DNA of 64,000 nucleotides, from contig NC_057719.1 in NCBI RefSeq assembly GCF_004010195.1, forward strand, positions 88,005,352 through 88,069,351, read 5' to 3'. Below the pieces are notes generated by a model. The model had not been told where the DNA came from, made no database searches, and saw only the letters and a program-made list of their open reading frames with translations. Positions 51,201 through 60,200 of the stretch are shown here, in pieces (position 1 is the stretch's first letter; each line of letters starts with the position of its first letter). Both the position numbers and the translations under genes were made by a program. This DNA is from Chiloscyllium plagiosum. Lineage: Eukaryota.

Positions 51201-54200
51201 CACAGATATCTTCTACAAGCCCACCGACTCTCTGTTACCTGAACTACACCTCCTCCCACCCTACCTCCTGTAAAAACTCCATCCATTATTCCCAGTTCCA
51301 CCGCCTCCATTGCATCTTTCCCCGGATGACCAATTCCACCTTTAGAAAATCCCAGATGGCCTCGTCCTTCCACAATCGCAATTTCCCTTCCCATGTGGTT
51401 GGCGATGCTCTCCAGCGCATCTCCTCCACTTCACACACCACTGCCCTTGAGCCCCACCCCTCCCAATGCAACAAGGACAGAACCAAACCCCGGTCCTCAC
51501 CTTCCACCCCACCAACTTCCACATACATTGCATCATCCTTTGGCACTTTCGCCACGTCCAAATAGACCCCACCACCAGAGATATAAAATTCCCTCCCCAC
51601 CCCTATCAGCATTCCAGAGAGACCATTCCTCCCACGATTCCCTCGTCAGGTCCACGTCCCTCACCAGCCTGCACCCACTCCTGGCACCTTTTACCTTCCA
51701 CCGCAGGAAGTGCAAAACCTGCACCCATGCCCCACAGGATCCTTTCACATCTGACAGAAATTTACCTGTACCTCCACCAATGTCATCTACTGCATCCATT
51801 GCACCCGGTGTCATCTCCTCTACATCGGGGAGGCTGGACGTCACTTTGCGGATTGTTTCAGAGAACATCTGTGGGACACCCGCACCCACCAACCCCCACC
51901 GCCCGTGGCTGAACACTTCAACTCCCCCTCCCACTACGCCAGGACGTGCAGGTCCTGGGCTGTCGTCTCAGCTAAACCATTACCACCTGCCGCCTCGAGG
52001 AAGAAGACCTCAAATTCTGCCATGGGACCCTGAATGTGGATTTCAACAGTTTCCTCATTCCCCCTCTCCGCCCCAACATTATCCCAGTCCAAAGCCTGCA
52101 ACTCGGCACCACCCTCCTGACCTGTCCATCATCTTTCCTATCTATCCGCTCAACACTCCTCTGACCCATCATGTTGTTCCACACCTTCATCTACCTATCA
52201 CATTCTCAGCTACTTTTTCCACCAGCCCCCCCCCCCCTCATTTATCTCTTAGCCCCTGGCCCACAAGCCTCATTCCTGATGAAGGGCTTATACCGGAAAT
52301 GTCGCTTCTCCTGCTCCTCTGATGCTGCCTGACCTGCTGTGCCTTTCCAGCACCCTCTTGACGATAAAAGAAAACAGGACTGCCCTCACCCCTGTTTTAT
52401 TTGGTATTTTCTTTCACTTGCTGTTGAGTTCTGTGTTCCCTTCCAGATACTTTGTCAGATAGCAAGCCATGTAAGCTGTCCAAACTGAAATAGAAGCTAT
52501 AAACACAGCACACCCTGATCTAACTCTTGTCACTCATACGAAAATTAAAAAAGAAAATGTTTCTCAACTATTTGTAACTCGCGCTCCCTTTATATAAGCA
52601 TCAGGAAAATTGGCTCTGGGACAAGGTGTCACATCTGTGACCTAGATCTCACAAAACAATATCTTGCTGGCAGTTTATTAAGGTGCTCCTTTAATCTGAT
52701 AGCTATTTCTCCTCCTCCCCACCCACCCTGGATTTCTGACATCTGTAAATATTGAAATTGTGTTTTTGATTCTAGAGTTCAGATTGTTAATATAAATTAT
52801 GAACAGCAGTGGTCTCAGCACCAATTTTTCTGGAACACCATATCGTATCTCTGTCACTCCGAATAACTATCCTTTACTCCACTCCCATTTTGCTACCTTG
52901 TACCCTGCCTGACTTCAAGTTCGCCACCTTGTATGGTGATGCCTTGTTGAAGGCTCTTTGGGAACCCTGTTGAAGGCTCTATGGTAAATTTTGTTAATTA
53001 CCATAGTTTGCTCCGACTCCTCCCTAAAAATTCAGAAAGGTTGGTCAGTCAAGATTTTCCCATGTGAATTTTATGCTAAATATTAATTATTTTATTTCTT
53101 CTTGGAGACATGCTTCTATTGTCTCATCTCACTTACAATTGTCACTTTTTTTGTACCATTGCTCTTAATTATCTGAACATCATCTATCCCCGCCTTGGCT
53201 ATTTGCCAGTCCTCTGGCAGTATGCCCATTTCTAGCAGATTATTAAATAGAAGGAATAATATTCTCAGTTGTCTCTTTCCTGTATGAAATTACTCTGTTT
53301 ATTTTGTTCACTGCATCCCTTTATATAATTCTAAATATGATCAAATCCTTGTTATCTCAATATTCAGTATGTCTATCTGTTCCATCTCCCTGATAAATAT
53401 CAAAGCATAACATTTATTGGGCTATCTGTCAACTTTCTATTGTTGGCTGTGGAGTTGCCAAAATGATACCTACAAGGGGCAGATTATCAGAACAGGATGC
53501 ATAGATGAGGTTTTGTTTATTTGAGTATAGCATATTAAGGGGCAATATAAGTCCTGTAATCATCAAATTTTGAGTGTGGGCATTCAGACCCTTCCATGTT
53601 TCTGTCACTGAAAATCTTTCTCTTAGACTTTTCATTATTTTCGACACTCCTCTCAAATCTTTTCATAATCTTCTCTGCTGTGTGAAAGACAATTCCACTT
53701 CTCTAATCTCACCAGGATGGAGGTTTGCACTTTTAATTGAGGTATTCAAGTTGTTTAGAGGCTGGTTATAAATTCACTTAAGGTCAGTGACACTTTCAAA
53801 AAGAGCAAAATGTGTAAAGGCTAACACCTTGATTCTCCTGTTTAATGAAAAATTATTTTTGACTAATTCAAGAATCAAAGTGCTAAATACTATCTCGGGT
53901 GGCCTCCTGCTAAACACAATCATCATAAGTATAAGTTAACAGGCGATTTGTGGTTCGTTATAAAGTATACATTGCACATTAAATGGCAAACACAACTAAG
54001 ACAGATCTTATGAATTGAATCAGCACTACACAATGGAGAGGTCATCAAAATCAGTCAAAAAGTTCTGCAAAACTCGGCCTTTCTCTTAAAAATTTCAGCT
54101 TCTCTGTTAGACGTCACCAGCAGGTCGCAACCAACGCGGTTTCCACAGACTTGGTCTTCACCAAAAAGGGTATATCTCTGTAGAACCTCCTCAACTGGGA

Positions 54201-57200
54201 TTGTTGGAGCAGACCAATCCATAATACCATTGAAGTTACAAAGCAGTTAAGCAAATAGACAGTTGCTGTATTCCCAGTTTCTGAACGTAGTCCCTCTTTC
54301 AGCCTGCCTATCTTACACCACTGGACTCATCAAATTCTCCTGAGCTCTGCTGGCTTTTTTTTTGAGTTTCAACCAGCAGTACCATTTCCTGATCTCAGTT
54401 TTGATCCTAGTTTTCTTAGCAACTAGGAGGATCTTGTTTTCTGTCTATCTCAAAAAATACCAGCTTTGTCTACAGACTCAATAACTAGGTTCAGTAGATG
54501 GAGGACATGATAAAATTAGAGCTAGGTCATTCGGGTGTGATGTCAGGAAGCTCCCCTTCATCACAAATGGTAGTGGGAACCTGGAACACTTTCCCCCAAA
54601 ACGCCATTGAGGTTGGGGTCCAGTTGAAAATTTTGAAGCTCTAAGCGATCTCATTTTGGCAAGAGTATCAAGGATATGGAACCAAGGCAGGCTGATGGAC
54701 TTCACATACAGGTGAACCGTGATCTAATAGGCTTTCTGAGTGTGCTTGAATGAATGAAAAAAACGTATGCCTACTTTTGTTGCTATGTGTGGTTCCTTTC
54801 TGTATTATCATTGTGGTTAGCTTATAGTGTCACCCAGGTCCTGGTACTGCTGAGAAATGGCTTGAAGATCTTGAGGGTCTTTTTTTCCAAAAAGTGGAAC
54901 AACTGTTGAATTGAACTGGAGCAAGCTTTGTCAGGGTACCTTTAGTTATGAGCAAAATTATATTGAATTTTGAATCAAAATCTCCAAGCGATTCAAACCT
55001 GTGCTAGCAATAACTTGATGGAATTTTAATTGAGCTATGGGGTATAAAAACTAAAAGATAATGATGAGCCCACACACTATCTTAAAGATTTCAGTTTGAA
55101 TGTTGTTTACCCTTTGGGCTGTACATTCTCAGGAAGAGTCTGAGGATTTAGAGAAAGCACAGCGGATGTTTTACCTTCTCATGATTGACCGGTTCCTGAG
55201 CGTATTCCACAGAGTTTTTGATGTGCAAGGCCCACATCTCCATCACTCGCCCAGATGGGCCTGGGGATAAGCTTCCACCTGGTAGCAAAGCCCCTTCATT
55301 TCAAACAGAACCTAAAACTGGCCTTGGAAATGATTGCACTCTTCACAGAGCAGTCAAGTGATGGCTTATTTTAAAAGTGTCTCCATTAAAATGTTGTTGT
55401 TCCTTTTTCTAGTTACATAAACCAGAGAAACAGAGAGTGGAACATTGTAGAGTCTGAAAAGGCTTTGCTGGTAAGTGCTGTTGTTAAGTAACTATTAACT
55501 ACTGATTCAAAAGCATTTGGTTAATCTGCATTGAAGACCAGAAGTTGTCTGGTTCAGCAACTGTAGCTGATTTTGCTGTGGTTAAAGTTGGCTTCAATGT
55601 CATTTGTTTGCGAGAGAATATTAGCCAGGATTTTCTTCCAGGTCACTTTCTCATGATGTGCTGAGACTACCATCTTTATCAAATGGTCATTAATCAGACT
55701 AACCGATAAAAGGTGACTGCTCAGATGAGATGTCGAAGGGCAATGAGCACCCCATGTGCTGATGCACTGCCAGTTGTTAACACTTTCAGCAGAGGAAGGG
55801 GGAAGCTGGGTGAATTATATTTTGCAGGTAATTCTGATATAACACAGCTTGAGACAGTGGGAGTTTGGTAAGATGTTCTAGTAGACACTGTTGTGTAATG
55901 TTGGAATGGTTTATTACACATGGGCGCATACACAAAAGCAGAAATTGCTGGAAAATCTCAGTAGGTCTGGCAGGAGCTGTGGAGAGAAAGCAGAGTTAAT
56001 GTTTCTGATCCTATGACCCTTCAGAACTCCAAAGGAGTGCATGGTAATTTCATTGAATTTGTGTTTGGCCAATGCTGCAGCTTTAAGAACTGAGGAATGG
56101 TCAACACCTAGATTTTTGGTCAACTTTTCCTTCTGGTTGGTTCTCTTCAATCTGGCAGATATGCTTCAGGCCTCAGTCAGCTTGTTTAGTAGTGGTGCTG
56201 CTGAGCTTGACTTAGTGGCAGACATTGAAGTTTGTTTCTATTCCGTTTATGTGTGCGGGCGCTTACCCTGCACCCACCCAAAGCTGTCCAAGTGGTGTTC
56301 AAAGTTAAGGAGACCTGATCCACCAGCTCACGGAGAGTGATTGTGATTGGCAGGTGATCCCTTTGCCCACGTTTGATGTAATGCTACGAGATTTCATGGA
56401 ATCAAAGTTGAGGACTCCTAGGATCACACCTTGGTGTCTGTTTATCACTGCTGCCACTTCTTGGGGTGGTGATGGTGTAATTGGTGATGTTTTGAGTGGT
56501 AATGATTCCATGTGTATGACTCTTGGGTTGAATATTCACCACTCTGGCACTGCTCTCCTAATTGTGGTGCGGTCACCTGAATGAGGAGGACTGAGTGGTT
56601 TGGGTGTGTCTGCTGCTTATTGTACCTAGATGCCTGGCAGTCACTTGTTTATATTAGACTTTCCTGTAGTGTTTTTATACATCTGAGTAGCTTGCCGGAC
56701 CGTTGCGGCAGGTAGTTAAGAATATGCCATGTTGTGGGTCTGGAATTGCATCTCGACCAGATTAGATGTTGTGGCCAAGTTCCTCCCTTTTAAGGGTATT
56801 AATGAACTAGATGGGTTATTTCATGGACACTATTGCTAAGACTAAATCTTTAATCCAGCTGCTGTGGTAGAATTTGAACACTCATCTCCAAAGTATTAGT
56901 GCGAGAATCTGGATTGTTCGTTCAATAATATTATCACAATATAGTTGCTCCTGATTTAGGGAGAGTAGGACATTGAAGGGCTGGGGAAGTGGGGGTGGTT
57001 GGAGAAAGAATGGCTGAGGCTGTGGTAAGATTTTGCAATGTGGATCTCTGTTCTAAATTGGAGAACCGGGAACGTGCGTGTGTGCGTTCGTGCGCGCTGT
57101 AATTGACACCACAGTGAGGAATGTAAGCAGCAGTAGACTGAGAGAAATACTGCATGGGAAAAGGCTGAGCTGCAGTTGTCTCTGTTGGAGCACTTTGCCT

Positions 57201-60200
57201 AAGTAACTCACTGCTTGCTTCCACCGAACATTCTTCCATCAGCCTTGCTGAGGTACAGAGTTGTTTTGATGCACAAGTGACTCAATGTTTGTCACAGAGC
57301 AACCCATTCTTGGAGGTAGTGTTATGCAGATTGCTTCTGACATGTGGTAACTGTTGAATTATAGGATTGCAGAACTTATTTTAATTGTAATCTCCCCTTC
57401 TGTGCAGGCTGAGGTCCAGAACGAGAGAACTAAACAAATGGACCCCTTCACCAGGCGCCAATGTCAACCAACCATCGTCTCCAATGTAAGGTCTTTTTGC
57501 AACGTTGTCAGTGGTCATGACATGCAGTGCTTTCAGTGTGGTTCTACAATGCTATTTGAGCTTTGAGGTTTAATGATGCCAATGACAACTTGAAAGCTGT
57601 CTGATTAGGGAGGATTCACAATGCTGCCTGAGTAGGGAGGTTTATTTCTTATTTGTTCATGAATGAATAGCACTGGCCAGCATTTATTACGATCCATAAT
57701 TATCCTTATAGTGGTGATATGTCATCTTGAATACAACTGAATGGCTAACTGGGCCATTTCAGAAGGCAGTTAAAAGTGGGTCTGGTGTCACATAATTCAG
57801 ACCTGGTAAATGGCGGCTTTCCTTCCCTAAAGGATGTAAGATGGGCTTTAACAACAGTCCAGGTGTTTTACAGTCACTGTTACTTAGCTTTTGTTCCAGA
57901 TTTCTTGCAAGTAAACAAAAGAATGCTGGAGAAACTCAGCAGTACTAGCTGTGGAGAGAAAGCAGAATTAATGTTTAGATTAGATTAGATTCTCTCCAGT
58001 GTGGAAACAGGCCCTTTGGCCCAACCATCCCACACTGATCCACTGGAGAGTAACGCACCCAGACCCATTTCCCTCAGACTAATGCACCTAGCACAATGGG
58101 CAATTTAGCATGACCAATTCACCTAACCTGCACATCTTTGGACTGTGGGACGAAACCCACGCAGACACAGGGAGAATGTGCAAACTCCACACAGTCGCCC
58201 AAGGCTGGAATTGAACCTGGGACCCTGGTGCTGTGAGGCAGCAGTGCTAACCACTGAGACACCGTGCCACCCCAATTTCATTTGAAGCAGTCATTTTGAG
58301 CTTGAAATGTTAACTCTTGCCCTATCTCCAGATTGTGCCAGCCCTGCTGGGTGTCTCAGCATTCCGTGTTTGCTTTAAATTTCCAGCACCTGCAGTGCTT
58401 TAACTTTGGCCAACAATTAAAATGACATTTGAATTTAAATTGCTCAGTTGCTCTGGTGTGATTACAAATCCAGTCAAATTTCTATCTCTGCTCTACAGAG
58501 CTTGTAAAACATGGCCTCTTGGCTCGGGGAAGCAGTACGATGTACCCCCTGCCTTTCCCAGTGCTGGGTTATAGAGGTGGGGTGAACCAGGCCCTGACCT
58601 CTGATGCCGGGAGGTTGTGTACCACCAGCACACCCTTCACAGTGCTGGGCGGGTATGTGAGGAGGCACTTTCCGGGCAGAGTGTGCTAGGCAGACTTTGT
58701 GATGACAAAGGTTCACAGTGCTGCTTTTGTTTCCTTAGTCCCGAGATCCTGCAGTCCAGGCTGCAATCATTGCACATCTGAATGCCAAGTACGGATCTGG
58801 GTCCCAGACAGAGCTGCCACTGGAATTAAACAAACCGGTAAGAATGAAAAGAAATGGTGAATATCAAATCATCCTCTGGGGCGTATCATTTGGGAAACAG
58901 TTCTTTTGATCCTCCTTATGATGGGAATCTTCTGACTTTGTAGCTAGCTAGTGCTGTTATTGGGGATTATTTGTTGTTGGACAATTCTTAGGGCCTGTAG
59001 AGTGGGAAAATGGAGCACAAGTAGCTGCTCCATTGTTCAGTGCGATCATGGCTGATCTGCCAATATTTCATGTCCTGCATCTACCCCCTCCATTCTTTTT
59101 TTTAAATTTTATTCTACCTTCAGTTTTTTGGTTTCTCCAGCACCTATTTTGTCAGCGGTGTGTTAGTCTCCCGAGAGCACCAGGGCCCTTCGGTCGGTCA
59201 TTTATCAATTGTTACAGCGATAAGTTGTCTCCCCCAAAAAGCTGCTTATTCCAAGAAAATGCTTTTCTTTCTTCAATATTTTCCTCTCTCCTGAAACTGC
59301 TGGCTCTTTGAGCATACTTCTGTGCTGGCTCTTTGAGAATACTTCTGTTGTCACTGTCTTGCACACTGTGTAGCCAGGACGGTGCATAACTTTAAGAAGA
59401 GGGTAGGGAGAACAGAGATCCAGAAAAGCAGTTTTTAAGAAGCAGTTTTGATGGCATATTTTGAGTTTCAGTATGAGTAATTTGAAAAATGACAGGGTAA
59501 GAGTTAATCCCTAAGGAACAGGTGAATTTGTCAGTGTGGTTCCCGAAACACTTCACTTGGGGGTTTCTCCACCACATATCCCAATCAGTTGGAAATTCAT
59601 TGATTCCTGTGATTAACCAACATTGTATATAACAGAAGTGCACTCATAGATCTCAAACATTTTCTTATGTCTCAATTGCTACATTTGTAACTGATGTGTG
59701 TTCCTACAGCAGGATCAGGGAAGCAGTAAGAAAGAGGACAGTAATAATAAATCGAACAGCGACCTTTCTGAGGACCTTTTCAAAGCGCATGACTTCGACA
59801 TCAAGATCGATCTGCAAGTACCCAATGCAGGTGAGCCTCTGTGAAAAATGTATCTGTTGCATGGGGTCAGTTTTAACCTATTTCTAAATGTTCAAATGAA
59901 AATATCTCTAGTCCAAACTAAGTGGCCTCTCTGTCTCTTGTTTCAAACTCATTGCAGTTTATTGTACTGTATGGGATGTTCCAACGTCACCTTAGTGGCC
60001 ATTTAATGTCTACTCTGCAAGACAGTGCCGTCAACAGTACAGCATTTCCTCAGAATTGCTTTTGTAGATGAAGGGCTCAAGGAACTAGAATGGAATGTAA
60101 TCCCCTCTGATATTTACCACTGATGACTTGACAGAAGTATCCTGGATAGGCAAGGGGGCAAGAAAGAATAACCACCTCCTTTTTAAAATGCTGAATAGGA

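Noticed and set aside
59298..59347. 25-bp tandem duplication (also short duplications near 20194-20223, 42549-42574 and 52946-52980)
   Set aside because: Two-copy local slippage duplications with no array or repeat-spacer structure; not CRISPR-like.
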